A model generated the notes under the pieces. That model worked only from the letters and a program-made list of their open reading frames with translations, was not told the DNA's origin and did not search any database. This document shows, piece by piece, positions 47,777-58,427 of a DNA stretch of 64,000 nucleotides. The stretch spans positions 1,556,284 through 1,620,283 of the forward strand of contig CP070695.1 in the NCBI GenBank assembly GCA_020353515.1, read 5' to 3'. How positions within the stretch are numbered: the stretch's first letter is position 1; every line of letters begins with the position of its first letter. The position numbers and the translations under genes were made by a program. This DNA is from Candidatus Heimdallarchaeota archaeon. GTDB lineage: Archaea; Asgardarchaeota; Heimdallarchaeia; Hodarchaeales; Hodarchaeaceae.

Positions 47777-48244
47777 TTACCTCTTAAAGCGACTCTTTAA
47801 CCTTTTCCAAAGAGATTCTTTTTTCTTTCTTGGTGAAATGTTTCCCATTGCTTGACTACGGACAATATTTAGGTTGAGTAAATCACCTTCGAACTCCTGA
47901 AAAGTATCTTCTTTGACAATATCTCCAACTTTAGAGCCATATTTCTCAAGAAAAATGATCATTGCTTGATTTAACCGATCTTCAACCATCTCAGTACCTA
48001 GGGGATTTGCAAAAACCATTATGATTTCTTTTTCTTTATCAATTTTGAAATCTAACCTAATATCATTAAAGATCACTGATTTCAATTCATCTTGTCCAAA
48101 GGATTCTTCTGCAAAAGAATACATAGCTGCTAAGAATCCTGTTTGTAAAGCATGATCAGGGTGTAATTTGCAATAATCTCCGCCATAACACTTAGCAAAG
48201 AGTGGAACTCCAGAGGTTTGAAGAATAAACACATCATCAGCCAT
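47777..48244 (-). CDS. Longin-like domain protein
   Basis: VFIL..SGVPLF.K.Y...D..L.TGFL.AM.SFA.E. Confidence 0.65.
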   Translation of the reverse strand: MADDVFILQTSGVPLFAKCYGGDYCKLHPDHALQTGFLAAMYSFAEESFGQDELKSVIFNDIRLDFKIDKEKEIIMVFANPLGTEMVEDRLNQAMIIFLEKYGSKVGDIVKEDTFQEFEGDLLNLNIVRSQAMGNISPRKKKESLWKRLKSRFKR

Positions 48245-48360
48245 ATTTTAAACTCCTTAGGATCATTCGATATTGAATGCTGCGAATATTTCTTTTTTCC
48301 AAAGTATCCTTTAAATTATTTATCTTATATATAAAAGATTACCATTCAATAAAAGAATCG

Positions 48361-49233
48361 TTATAAATTGAATGTTATAGGTATCGTTACTAGTATAAGG
48401 ATTCCAAATACGAACAATCTTAGTAATAACTGAATACCTACTGTTTTGATCGGCTTCTTTGAGACTTTTAACAATTCTTTCTTCCATGCTTGATGTACAC
48501 TAAGAAAAGTTGGTTCAATGACCGCAATTAGGGAGATCGGATGGAGCCATTGAACTAGTATTAAAGGAATGAAAGATACAAGGAAGAAACTCCAAACTAC
48601 CAAAGGACTATTTGTTGGAACTTTCCCTCGTAAACTCTCGACATATAAAATCATCAATGATGTAACACCGATATTGATCCAACTAATGGTAAAAGCTTTG
48701 AATGAGATTTCAATAGGAATATGAATTGTTGAAACAATAAAAATGAATGGGGTCATCATCGTAAAAGCAATTGAACCAAAAATTAGTTCATAAGGAGAGA
48801 GTTGTCGTGATTGAAGAGCAAATACGAACCAACCACTTGTTAATAATCCCAAAATAGCTAAAACAAGTAATATTTCCCATACTGGTTTCCAGATTATTAT
48901 CAGAAAGACTATTATGAAGATAGAGAGTAATGGAATCCAAGATATTCCTGTTGATTTTCTTTTAATTGTTTCAATTATTGAATTAGAGCTGAGTATTACT
49001 AGTATAGAAAAAGTGAGAGATAATAGTAATCCTTCTAGGTGAAATTTTCCTGTTAACGACAATCCTACTCCTAATAGAACTGAAATTAGCCAGATTCCAG
49101 TCAAACCATGTTCTCGGGGAAGTTTGTATCCAAGCTTGGATAACCTACTCGAATTTCTCTCCCGGTTTTTAGATTGATTCTTCAATTTATTCCCAATCTG
49201 AAAGTATGAAGGTAGCATCCCAACCGGTTTCAC
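48361..49233 (-). CDS. YwiC-like membrane protein
   Basis: LPREHG N-terminal motif, multiple TMs, K.VG near the C-terminus. Confidence 0.6.
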   Translation of the reverse strand: MKPVGMLPSYFQIGNKLKNQSKNRERNSSRLSKLGYKLPREHGLTGIWLISVLLGVGLSLTGKFHLEGLLLSLTFSILVILSSNSIIETIKRKSTGISWIPLLSIFIIVFLIIIWKPVWEILLVLAILGLLTSGWFVFALQSRQLSPYELIFGSIAFTMMTPFIFIVSTIHIPIEISFKAFTISWINIGVTSLMILYVESLRGKVPTNSPLVVWSFFLVSFIPLILVQWLHPISLIAVIEPTFLSVHQAWKKELLKVSKKPIKTVGIQLLLRLFVFGILILVTIPITFNL

Positions 49234-49660
49234 GCTGCTCTATTTTCCCTTTTTGAGACAACAATAAAAGAACATTAAGATAATTGCCAATCAGTTCTTC
49301 TGTGAGATCAGGAATAGATTTTTTTATTTCTATAGGAGTTTTATGTCCATTCAGGAGAGCTTCTAGGATTTCAGCAGCGTCTGAGATCAATTTAAACCTA
49401 TATGGTTTCTCTGCTGGTTTTTCTCCTCTAGGATAAAGAGTCCATTCACCTTCTTTATTACTGACTCGTCCAAAAGTATGCAAATAAGTTAGGAAACCTA
49501 ATGAATAATATGTATCACTTATGCAAAGATCTGTGCCTGGAGATATCTCATATGGAGAAGACTCCTCGTTAAGGTATTCCATTTTATCAACTACTTGCAT
49601 AAATGTCTTAAAAGGAAAGCTGTCAAAAGGTGGATTATCAAAATACGATTTAGAAATCAT
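49187..49660 (-). CDS. Hypothetical (tandem wHTH-like) protein
   Basis: 157-aa ORF with helical/wing-like pattern. Confidence 0.5.
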   Translation of the reverse strand: MISKSYFDNPPFDSFPFKTFMQVVDKMEYLNEESSPYEISPGTDLCISDTYYSLGFLTYLHTFGRVSNKEGEWTLYPRGEKPAEKPYRFKLISDAAEILEALLNGHKTPIEIKKSIPDLTEELIGNYLNVLLLLSQKGKIEQRETGWDATFILSDWE

Positions 49661-49783
49661 TTCTGACCCTCTATATTATTCAAAGAGTAATGTTCCAATT
49701 AAACTCGAATTGGATTGGCATTAAAGATGATTATTGAAACTTTTTCAGATCATATGAAAGAAATCTGATACTACTTCGATAAT

Positions 49784-50713
49784 TTAGAGAATCAAAAAGA
49801 CCATTGCTAATGCTAATGGAATAAAAAAGGAAAGAATGGGACTAAGTTTCACAAGATAAGCAATATAGATAAGATTTGGTGACTCTGAGAATCGATTTTC
49901 AATGTAGTTAACCTTCTCATACCCCTTATCTTTATAATAGCCAATAAAAGCTTCTTCGACCTCTTCCATGAATTTTTCCTCTTCTTTTTTGGTAAAAAAT
50001 TCATAAATCACTTCTCTTTCTCCTCTTATTACTAAAAATAATGAAATAAAAAAAGAAACTAGAAAAAGAAAAACTGCTATCTCTGTGAAACTTAAATTAA
50101 ATTTCATTTGAAAGTCAGACGCAAAAAAATCTGCTGCTGAAGGTATATTAGAAAGATCAGCTAGTGGATCTTCATAATATTCATCATGTATAATTTCGGT
50201 CGAATTTAGAATATACATTATTGTCATGTACACCAAAAATGGATTAAAAGTGGCTGCAATCTGCATGAGGAATTTGATTATCGGTTCAGCCCAAGCAAAT
50301 ATAGTTAGAAAGGACTGAATTGATTTAATCATATCCTCTATAATATCTGCCAGAAAAGGCGGTATCAATGCCATTATATCAGGCATCACAAATTCAAATA
50401 ACCAAGGAAAAGTGATTGGAGCTGTAATAGCAATAGAGATGCCAACTGATAGAAGCAGTGACCGAAGTGAGAAATAAGAAAATCGTACTCGAAATTGCTT
50501 TTCTTTAATGTCTATTATTGTTTTTTTAGGAAAATGTTCCAAATTAATGTCTTCTAAAGGTTCAGTTCCATTTAATTGTTCTTCATCCCACTCTAATCCT
50601 CTTTTATAATTGGAGATTGTAGATTTAAGTTGTTGTTTCTTAACTTTCTCTTTTACCCAGTTGAAGGCTTGTTGTAGTTGTTCCTCATCAGAGGGAGTAG
50701 TATCAAGAGTCAT
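49784..50713 (-). CDS. Hypothetical membrane protein
   Basis: 309-aa ORF, 4 hydrophobic segments. Confidence 0.6.
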   Translation of the reverse strand: MTLDTTPSDEEQLQQAFNWVKEKVKKQQLKSTISNYKRGLEWDEEQLNGTEPLEDINLEHFPKKTIIDIKEKQFRVRFSYFSLRSLLLSVGISIAITAPITFPWLFEFVMPDIMALIPPFLADIIEDMIKSIQSFLTIFAWAEPIIKFLMQIAATFNPFLVYMTIMYILNSTEIIHDEYYEDPLADLSNIPSAADFFASDFQMKFNLSFTEIAVFLFLVSFFISLFLVIRGEREVIYEFFTKKEEEKFMEEVEEAFIGYYKDKGYEKVNYIENRFSESPNLIYIAYLVKLSPILSFFIPLALAMVFLIL

Positions 50714-50855
50714 TATACATCAATTCTGAATTGCATGAGATTGAATATTTACATTTAAAAATTCCATCTTCTAGTTCATCCTATATTGATAATCGTATGA
50801 AAAGTGATCATTAAAAGTGTCATGCGCAAAAAATAGATGAATTATGATCATTTTT

Positions 50856-51560
50856 TTACCTGATTTCTGTCTGGTAATAGAATTTGTATGCAAGAAAAGC
50901 GAGTACCATATAAGCCATCGTTTTTGGTATCATTAGCATACCAATCAGTGGGAATGTTTGAACTGAGAGAATTACTGGGATGTAAAAGGCAAAAGAGATG
51001 ACAATACAGTATCCGAAATTTTTGTATCTAGGATCGTGATATTTAAATCCATCACGAAGCATTAAAAACGCAGTTGCTAATCCAATTATTGTCAATGGTA
51101 CATTGCGTATCAAAGCCCAGTCGTATGGTGCAATAAGGTTTCCCCATTCATTTTGTGGGAATATCATAATAATAAAACGAGTAAAACCAATCAGCATTAA
51201 TCCATAATAGAATAAATCCTTGTCTTTGGGAAATTGTATTCGCCAAATATCTAGTAGTATCATATAGAAAAACGTTATCGTTATTGATGTTGATAGAGCT
51301 CCCAATCCTACAAGTGTAGAATTCGTTTCTAATCCTCCACTAATATAAGCTAGGATTCTAAATCCAACGTGACCAGTATCTCCTAAGGCTAGTAGAAAAA
51401 AAGCTAATAGAAATCTCTGAACTATACTTCTTTCTTCAGGTACAATTTTTCCTATTTTTATTGTCATTAAGACAACAACTATCCAGATGAACGTTAAGTA
51501 GAACAGATTGAATATGATTTCCATAACCGTTTGTATGTCACTATCCATTTTATCTGTCAC
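50856..51560 (-). CDS. Hypothetical 7-TM membrane protein
   Basis: LGDTGHVGFR, RN.P, LMIPKT. Confidence 0.65.
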   Translation of the reverse strand: MTDKMDSDIQTVMEIIFNLFYLTFIWIVVVLMTIKIGKIVPEERSIVQRFLLAFFLLALGDTGHVGFRILAYISGGLETNSTLVGLGALSTSITITFFYMILLDIWRIQFPKDKDLFYYGLMLIGFTRFIIMIFPQNEWGNLIAPYDWALIRNVPLTIIGLATAFLMLRDGFKYHDPRYKNFGYCIVISFAFYIPVILSVQTFPLIGMLMIPKTMAYMVLAFLAYKFYYQTEIR

Positions 51561-51594
51561 TATCCAATTTCTAAATTTTGCATGACATATTAGT

Positions 51595-52053
51595 TTACAG
51601 GTTCTGCTTCAGGTTCAGAGCAAACTCTTCCGCATGTTTCAAGTCTTCAGCATTAGGTCTACCCTTATTCATTCCCCCAATTAGTTTGAGAAAACTATTC
51701 GTGTTAAAACCTTTACAGTTAAATTCATCAACAACAATGTAACCCTTAGATTGTAATTTTTCTCTAAGCGCCGAGTGAGCTTTGGCGGTTTCTCTGGTCA
51801 TTCCACTAGTTGAGAAAATGAATGCTTTCTTGTTAGTGATTTGTGGTAGTTTATCAGCAAGGTTAAGTAGAGTTTTATGATGTTTTTCATCATATATTCC
51901 TGAACCAAAGCCAATTAGACTATAATCTTGAAGCTCTTCAAGATTTATTTGCCGTGGTGTTTTTATTTGTGCATCAAGAACTTTTGCGAAGACATTAGCG
52001 ATTTTCTCAGTATTTTTGTGATGAAATGAAAACAAAACCAATAAATTTTTCAT
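51595..52053 (-). CDS. Flavodoxin-family protein
   Basis: S.HH.NTEKIA, GFGSGIY, FSTSG, F.CKGF, NKGRPN.EDL..A..FA. Confidence 0.9.
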   Translation of the reverse strand: MKNLLVLFSFHHKNTEKIANVFAKVLDAQIKTPRQINLEELQDYSLIGFGSGIYDEKHHKTLLNLADKLPQITNKKAFIFSTSGMTRETAKAHSALREKLQSKGYIVVDEFNCKGFNTNSFLKLIGGMNKGRPNAEDLKHAEEFALNLKQNL

Positions 52054-52275
52054 AAATGAAACACCTCATTTTTCTATTTTTATCCTTTTAGTCTTAAAAA
52101 GCATTCTTCCATGAAAGCGTATGTTGGGCAAACTCTTAATCTCACATAAAGAAGTGTTCCTGCCAGAATTCCTATAAATCCAACTAAGGAGATTAAAGCG
52201 AATGGAGAGAAATTGCATAAGAACGAAATAGGGATTCTTTCTTATCAGTTATAACTTACAAAGCTTCAAGAAGCT

Positions 52276-53040
52276 TTATTTCATTCTTTTAACGAGAAAT
52301 CGGAAACCTTGAGAGCCGTGTTCCTCAGAGACTAACAGTTCCTGGCCAGTAACACGAGCCCAGGCTGGAATGTCACGCCGACTCCCTGGATCAGTGGTTA
52401 GAATTTCTAATACCTGACCTACGTTTAAAGTTTTCAAGATTTTCTTAGATTTTAAGACAGGTTGAGGACAGCTTAAACCACGGGCATCTACAGTATGATG
52501 GACTTCACCTCTATATTTTTTATCTAAAGGAGGTATTTCTTCGATTTTTTTAGATCCTTCATCGAAAGAACCAAGTTTAATCTCTTCAATGGGAAGTTCT
52601 GCTTCAGTTGTTTTGATTAGAGGGTATCCTTTTTTGTGCCACTGTTTTATACCCCCCTTTAGACTTTTTACATCTTGAAAGTCGGCCTCAATCATAATTT
52701 CGACTGCTACCAAAGACATTCCACCACCCTGACAAATTGTGACAATTTCTTTGTCTTTAAATTCTTGAAGATCCTCGAAATGAGATGAAAGTTCCATTAG
52801 GCGGATCCACTTTGAATTCGGGATATGTCCATATTTTTCATATTTGTATTCTCCATCACCATAAAATTCTACTAAATCTCGTAGATCAAGTAATATAGGT
52901 AGGCTATTAGAATTTAACCGATCGTATACTTCATCAACAGTAATTTCAGAAATCTCTGGTAAATACCACCCCCGTTTTATAATGGACCACAGCCATAATC
53001 TCAAAAGTTTGAGGAACATCCTACGCTTACTTATTTTCAT
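52276..53040 (-). CDS. Rhodanese-TusA fusion
   Basis: Rhodanese (GHIP, ICQGGGMS, LKGGI..W) + TusA (VDARGLSCPQP, DPGS..DIPAW). Confidence 0.9.
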   Translation of the reverse strand: MKISKRRMFLKLLRLWLWSIIKRGWYLPEISEITVDEVYDRLNSNSLPILLDLRDLVEFYGDGEYKYEKYGHIPNSKWIRLMELSSHFEDLQEFKDKEIVTICQGGGMSLVAVEIMIEADFQDVKSLKGGIKQWHKKGYPLIKTTEAELPIEEIKLGSFDEGSKKIEEIPPLDKKYRGEVHHTVDARGLSCPQPVLKSKKILKTLNVGQVLEILTTDPGSRRDIPAWARVTGQELLVSEEHGSQGFRFLVKRMK

Positions 53041-53278
53041 TTCTAATACCCAAAGAATTCAAATTAAGTCTGGATAAGTTCCATCTATATATGTTCCACA
53101 GGTGACTACTGTTCATTTTGTAGCTTTAGCAAAAATACGTAATAATGAATGAAAAGATGAGATAAGAAAATTAAGACATATTCCAAGTTTATAAATCACA
53201 TAACAATAGTTAAGAGCAGAGAGTGATTATCCTCATTTGAGTAAATAACTGCTAATAAGTAATTTAAAGTGACTAAAA

Positions 53279-53779
53279 ATGGCCGATAAAGTTATTCAAG
53301 GCGAAACAAAGTTAAAAATTGGAGATATAGCTCCAGAATTTGCGCTTCCAGCTCAAGATGGGAAAAAAATCCGCTTATCAGATTATAAAGGCAAGAAGAA
53401 TGTAATGCTTGCGTTTTATCCACAGGATTTCACACCTGTCTGTTCTCATCAGCTCCCCTCATACAGTAAGCAAGTTGAAAAATTCGAAAAACTCAATACT
53501 CAGGTACTAGCGATCGGAGTGGCCTCAATTCCAGTCCATATTGCTTGGATTGATAGTCTTGGAGGCCTGGATTATCCTCTTCTTGCTGATTGGGTTCCGT
53601 ATGCCGAAGTAAGTAAGAAATACGACGCTTTCATCCCCCGAATTGGTTTTGGGAAGCGAGCTATCTTTATTATCGATAAACAAGGAATCATTCGTTATAT
53701 TGATATTCCCCACGAATTGAATCAAGGTCCCCCAGACGAAGATAAAATTTTCAAGGCTCTTGAAGAGCTACAGGATTAG
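53279..53779 (+). CDS. Peroxiredoxin (AhpC/TSA, AhpE-like 1-Cys)
   Basis: GD.APEF.L, FYPQDFTPVC, RAIFIIDK.G. Confidence 0.93.
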   Translation: MADKVIQGETKLKIGDIAPEFALPAQDGKKIRLSDYKGKKNVMLAFYPQDFTPVCSHQLPSYSKQVEKFEKLNTQVLAIGVASIPVHIAWIDSLGGLDYPLLADWVPYAEVSKKYDAFIPRIGFGKRAIFIIDKQGIIRYIDIPHELNQGPPDEDKIFKALEELQD

Positions 53780-53817
53780 TTTTTTCCTTTCTTCCTTTTT
53801 TATCTCAAAGAGGGTTG

Positions 53818-55041
53818 CTAGTCAGAACTTAGTATCGATCTTGCTATTTTTTGCCCTAATTCCTCTCCTTTTTTCAAATCTTCCTCAGATGGACCACCAA
53901 TAAAATCGAACGCTTTTAGGACTGACCATTTTAACTTTTCAGCAATTTTCTCAAAATCCCTTTTTGCGCCGTCATTCCATCCGTAAGAGCCGAAAAAGGC
54001 TGTTTTTTTATTGTAAACTCTTTTTCGCAAGGCTATATCCAGAATATATGCAATTGGAGGAAATAGATTAACCTCATAGGTTGGAGCTCCAATGATAACT
54101 CCTTTATATCTCCAAAGATAGGGTAGAATGAAAGAGACATGTGTTCGTGCAGCATCGAAGATTTTTAGAGGTATTCCAGTTTTTCCAATTCCTTGGGCAA
54201 TAGCATTCATCATTTTATTTGTATTACCATACATAGAGGCATAAATGAGTGTGATCCCTGCTTCACCACCAGTGGGGTCATCTGCATACTCAGCCCACCG
54301 TTTATAGAGTTCGACTATACGATCAGGGTTTCTCCTCCATATCAGGCCATGACTAGGTGCGATCATTGAGATTTCTAATCCTTCTAATGAATTAATAGCC
54401 TTAATTACGAATCTGGAAAACTTAGCTACAATGTTTGTATAATAACGTAAAGCTTCTTCTTCATAGAAGTTTTGGTCAACACCTACGTCATCATCAAAAA
54501 TTTTTCCACTTAATGCTCCGTAACTTCCGAATGCATCGCAAGAGAATAATATCTGAGAGTTCTTCTCATAAGTAACCATTGTTTCTGGCCAATGTACAAA
54601 TGGGGCATCATAGAACACCAGTTCATGATTTCCTAAGTTAATTTCGTCACCATTGGAGACTACATTCCATTTAATATTCTTTGTATCCTCCAGCTGATAG
54701 AAATCTGCAATCATCTTTCTAGCTTTTTCAGTACCCACAAATATAGCATTAGGAGCTAATTTTGACATTATTTTGATTAATCCAGTATGATCAGGTTCTA
54801 CATGGTTGATGATGATATAATCAATTTGGGAAGGTTCTACAACTTCTTCAACTTGGCTTAGGTAATCATCCGTTTTTATCCCTTTAGCCAAATCTATTAA
54901 TGCGATCTTCTCTCCTTTAATGATATAGCTATTATATGAGACTCCAACATCATTTATTGGCCATAGGCCTTCAAAAAGATCTGTTGTCCGATCATTCACT
55001 CCAATCCAAAAAATTGTCTCATTTAGCTTAATCGCTGGCAA
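53818..55041 (-). CDS. fprA: Flavodiiron protein (O2/NO reductase)
   Basis: SYNSY, NHVEPDH, HWPE, SCDAFG, PSHG, Y.SMYGNT, FGSYGW. Confidence 0.95.
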   Translation of the reverse strand: MPAIKLNETIFWIGVNDRTTDLFEGLWPINDVGVSYNSYIIKGEKIALIDLAKGIKTDDYLSQVEEVVEPSQIDYIIINHVEPDHTGLIKIMSKLAPNAIFVGTEKARKMIADFYQLEDTKNIKWNVVSNGDEINLGNHELVFYDAPFVHWPETMVTYEKNSQILFSCDAFGSYGALSGKIFDDDVGVDQNFYEEEALRYYTNIVAKFSRFVIKAINSLEGLEISMIAPSHGLIWRRNPDRIVELYKRWAEYADDPTGGEAGITLIYASMYGNTNKMMNAIAQGIGKTGIPLKIFDAARTHVSFILPYLWRYKGVIIGAPTYEVNLFPPIAYILDIALRKRVYNKKTAFFGSYGWNDGAKRDFEKIAEKLKWSVLKAFDFIGGPSEEDLKKGEELGQKIARSILSSD

Positions 55042-55130
55042 AATAAATATACTCCTTATCTATAATAATATTCTTTACACAAACATAAGAGAATTTGTGT
55101 TTAATGGATTTTTAGTAAGCTTTTGATCAA

Positions 55131-55268
55131 TTAATCTATTTTTGAAAAATCTTCCTTACCTACTCCACAATCAGGACAAGTCCAGTCATCTGGAAGTTCT
55201 AAAAATGGTAACCCTTCTTCTTCTTCATCATAAACATAACCACAAATGTCACATTCCCATTTAGCCAT
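55131..55268 (-). CDS. rub: Rubredoxin (45 aa, not in ORF track)
   Basis: Hand translation [45 protein letters not shown]; AGGTGA RBS. Confidence 0.95.
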   Translation of the reverse strand: MAKWECDICGYVYDEEEEGLPFLELPDDWTCPDCGVGKEDFSKID

Positions 55269-55567
55269 AATAATCACCTTTGATTAACAATCGATTTATT
55301 TTTCCGAGTTTAACCGTCTTTTATATTAAATAGGAGGATTTAGAAAAGCCTCGTTGGGTGACCTCATTATTCAAGTTCTTTTAATAATAATTTCGGTTGA
55401 ATGTCTAAGAGATTTAATTATTTTCCAGAACATCTTTTTGACCTTAATTTATTCGATGTATAACAAATAGATTATGGAAATTAAAACGGAACAGTTTTTT
55501 ACTTATAGAGAATTCCATTAAAACACTGAAAAACGCTTGTCTTTTATCTTCTGTTACGGCAAATAGT

Positions 55568-55894
55568 ATGAGTAGTTTGATAATGTCATTAGATTCGATT
55601 AAAATCCCTGATGAAATTAAAACTGTTGAAGGTACTAAAGAACAATCCAGTGAGATCTTTCTTTTCGCAATCTCTACATGTATGTGGTGTAAAAAAGGTA
55701 AACGATGGCTGAACAAGCATGGATATCGCTACTCGTATCTTGATATCGATAAGATTCCCGTAAAGAAAAAGAATCAGTTGAAAAAAGATATCGAAAAAGT
55801 CTTTGGAGTTAAACCAAGATTTCCTTTTCTTATTGTTAATAAGATGCAATATGATTCAGGATATAATCCAGATATATGGGAGGACTTAATTTAA
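55568..55894 (+). CDS. Glutaredoxin-like protein
   Basis: STCMWCKK, FP.L. Confidence 0.85.
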   Translation: MSSLIMSLDSIKIPDEIKTVEGTKEQSSEIFLFAISTCMWCKKGKRWLNKHGYRYSYLDIDKIPVKKKNQLKKDIEKVFGVKPRFPFLIVNKMQYDSGYNPDIWEDLI

Positions 55895-56223
55895 TGACCA
55901 TGAAATCCATTGCGGATGTTCAGAAATATGTGATGAAAATTTCTGAGCGTAATGGCTGGAATTTAAATTCTGACGAAGAAACCCTGAATGACTTGATCGA
56001 AGGATTAATGGAAAACTTTAATCGGTTAGGATACTATAATTGCCCATGTCGGGATAGTCAAGAAGACCGTCAACTTGATAGAGATATTATTTGTCCTTGT
56101 AGATATGCTGAACCAGATCTTGCAGAATTTGGTTATTGTTACTGCACACTTTATTCTAAAGCTGATTATGATCAAACCCAACCCATGAAAATGATTCCTG
56201 AAAGACGGCCTCCAGTTCTATAA
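55894..56223 (+). CDS. Ferredoxin-thioredoxin reductase catalytic subunit
   Basis: CPCR, ICPC, CYC; ATG 55894 overlaps the Grx stop (TAATG). Confidence 0.92.
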   Translation: MTMKSIADVQKYVMKISERNGWNLNSDEETLNDLIEGLMENFNRLGYYNCPCRDSQEDRQLDRDIICPCRYAEPDLAEFGYCYCTLYSKADYDQTQPMKMIPERRPPVL

Positions 56224-56230
56224 CTTTTAC

Positions 56231-57427
56231 TCAACTTAGCTCTGGTAGAACTTCTTTTATCTTGGTTTCATGATCAGAAACGGATTTTTCTTCAGTAAAA
56301 ATGGTTTTAATTGTTGGGATAGCCTTTTTAACGCCTAATATAATTGCAGCTTTGATTTTATCATTGTGAATAAAGAGTTTAACATATTCCTCTTCATTGA
56401 TGTATTTTCTTACACCATAACCTAATTCGGATTCTTTACCTGTATAACCAAAAGAACTCAAAAACAAATCAGTTACTTTTAGAGTGGAAGAGATTTTCGA
56501 ACCCTTATATCTAGTGTCCATATTAATCATATTGTGAGCCGCGATTCTTGCTTGCTGAATACTGGGCGGAATTAGACCATAAACAATTCCATTATGCTCT
56601 GCACAATCTCCTGCAGCGAAAATATCTTCTTGGGATGTTTCTAAGTAATCATTAACAATAATTCCCCTGTTAATTTCTAAAAAATCTCGTCCTAAATCTA
56701 CTCTAGGTTTAATACCTGTACATACCATTACTATATCAGTTGATATCTCCACGCCGTCTTTGGTAATGACTGCTTGTACTTCTTCTTCTCCAATAACTCT
56801 CTGAACTTCCTTGTTCACATGGATCGTGATACCACGTTTTTCTAGTATCCTTTTGAGGATGTTTCCTCCTTCCTCATCCAATTGTCTTGGCAGGAGATGA
56901 GGAAAGAATTCGATTACAGTTGTATTTTGGCCCTGATTGGTAGCTGCATTGGCAATTTCAAGACCAAGAACTCCTCCTCCAATAATTATTGCTTTTTTAC
57001 TTATTTTGAATCGCTTACGAATTTCTAATGCATCGTTGAGACTTCTTACCGAGTAAAAGTGTTTCAAATGCCTTCCTTCAATAGGAGGACACCAACAATC
57101 TCCCCCAGTAGCAATTAACAATCGATCGAAAGGATAAGCTGCTTTGTTTGATAATACTTCATTCATTTCAAAATTAATTTTCTCTACTTTCTCTTGAATA
57201 TGTAAATCTACATCTAATTTCTTGTACCAATCAAGATTATAAGCAATGGTGTCTTCAATAGTCATTTCATTCTTTTCAATAAACGCTGGAATTTTTGGAC
57301 GGTTATAAAATCCTGGAAAGGGTTCGTCAGTAAATTGGAGTACAGTCGAATTGGAGGGTTTCTCCTTCGACAATACTTGAATAGCAGAAACTCCAGCTAC
57401 TCCATTGCCTATAACTACGTATTTCAT
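56231..57427 (-). CDS. NAD(P)H:rubredoxin oxidoreductase-like flavoprotein
   Basis: IGNGVAG, IATG, IGGGVLGLE, L.RQLD, AAGDCAE, TLKV. Confidence 0.88.
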   Translation of the reverse strand: MKYVVIGNGVAGVSAIQVLSKEKPSNSTVLQFTDEPFPGFYNRPKIPAFIEKNEMTIEDTIAYNLDWYKKLDVDLHIQEKVEKINFEMNEVLSNKAAYPFDRLLIATGGDCWCPPIEGRHLKHFYSVRSLNDALEIRKRFKISKKAIIIGGGVLGLEIANAATNQGQNTTVIEFFPHLLPRQLDEEGGNILKRILEKRGITIHVNKEVQRVIGEEEVQAVITKDGVEISTDIVMVCTGIKPRVDLGRDFLEINRGIIVNDYLETSQEDIFAAGDCAEHNGIVYGLIPPSIQQARIAAHNMINMDTRYKGSKISSTLKVTDLFLSSFGYTGKESELGYGVRKYINEEEYVKLFIHNDKIKAAIILGVKKAIPTIKTIFTEEKSVSDHETKIKEVLPELS

Positions 57428-57533
57428 TATAATCGTGATTTGATAGAGAATAAATTCCCCTTAATAAGTATATAGCCAGATAATCTAAGTGAAAAAAATA
57501 GGGGGTTCTCTAATAATGACCTAAAAATCCTTA

Positions 57534-57884
57534 TTAGAGAGGTTGATCGTTTCTCCAGAAGCCATGAATATTGCAGAACGAGAACGCAATTAATGTTCCA
57601 GGCTTGTTTGTTTTAATAGAAAAGAATCCCTTAGGTTCAGTTTGGCCAGCTTCACCGTGGGAGTTAAATTCAATCTTCCCGATTTCGACAGGAAATTTTT
57701 CCCCTTCAGGATGGAAAAGGAGTTGGATCCATCGAATGTGATGTTCGACGGTGTTAGGATGTTCAATTTCCTTTCCCACACTGACTTCAACCAATACTGG
57801 ATCTCTACTCTTCACTTCAATGACTGGAGCGTGTTTTTCCTTCTTCCAATCAGCTGATTGAAAAAGTTCGTTATAATCTACCAT
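57534..57884 (-). CDS. sor: Superoxide reductase (neelaredoxin, class II)
   Basis: EKHAP, HP..EHHI.WI, CNIHG; start set at ATG 57884. Confidence 0.95.
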   Translation of the reverse strand: MVDYNELFQSADWKKEKHAPVIEVKSRDPVLVEVSVGKEIEHPNTVEHHIRWIQLLFHPEGEKFPVEIGKIEFNSHGEAGQTEPKGFFSIKTNKPGTLIAFSFCNIHGFWRNDQPL

Positions 57885-57941
57885 ATTACACACCTTTAAA
57901 GCATTTTGAATTTGTTTTGTATCTACAAGTTTTTGAAGGAT

Positions 57942-58427
57942 CTATTCTTCGTTTCTTACGGTATGTTGATCAAAAAGCATATCATTCTTGAAAGCAGCTT
58001 GTCTCTCCACTAATTCGGAGGCGCTAGCCTCTTCTTCGATCTGTTCTGTAACAAACCACTGTAGTAGTTCTCTGGGATTATAGTCTTTCAACTCTTCTGC
58101 CAGAGTCACTAACTCATGTATTTTCCCTGTTATATACTGTTCGTGTGCATAGCCAGTTTCTAAAATTTCTTTAACTGATTCCCAATCAGATTTGGGTTCA
58201 GGAATCGCAGGAATTTTAGCGGTTCCGCCTACATCAATGATATAATTAATAAATTTGTAAGCATGGGAAAGTTCTTCATTGTATTGGGTAAAATACCAGC
58301 TAGACAGTTTGTTATATGAATGTTCTTTCAACCAAATACTCGCACTCAAATAGATGTAAGCAGAATTCAGTTCTTCTCCAATTTGGGCATTTAAAGCTTC
58401 ATTAAATTTTTCACTAATCAGAGCCAT
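57942..58427 (-). CDS. ftnA: Ferritin
   Basis: LN.QI..E..SAY.Y, Q..EE..HA, HE..IT, LQWFV.EQ.EEE. Confidence 0.95.
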   Translation of the reverse strand: MALISEKFNEALNAQIGEELNSAYIYLSASIWLKEHSYNKLSSWYFTQYNEELSHAYKFINYIIDVGGTAKIPAIPEPKSDWESVKEILETGYAHEQYITGKIHELVTLAEELKDYNPRELLQWFVTEQIEEEASASELVERQAAFKNDMLFDQHTVRNEE

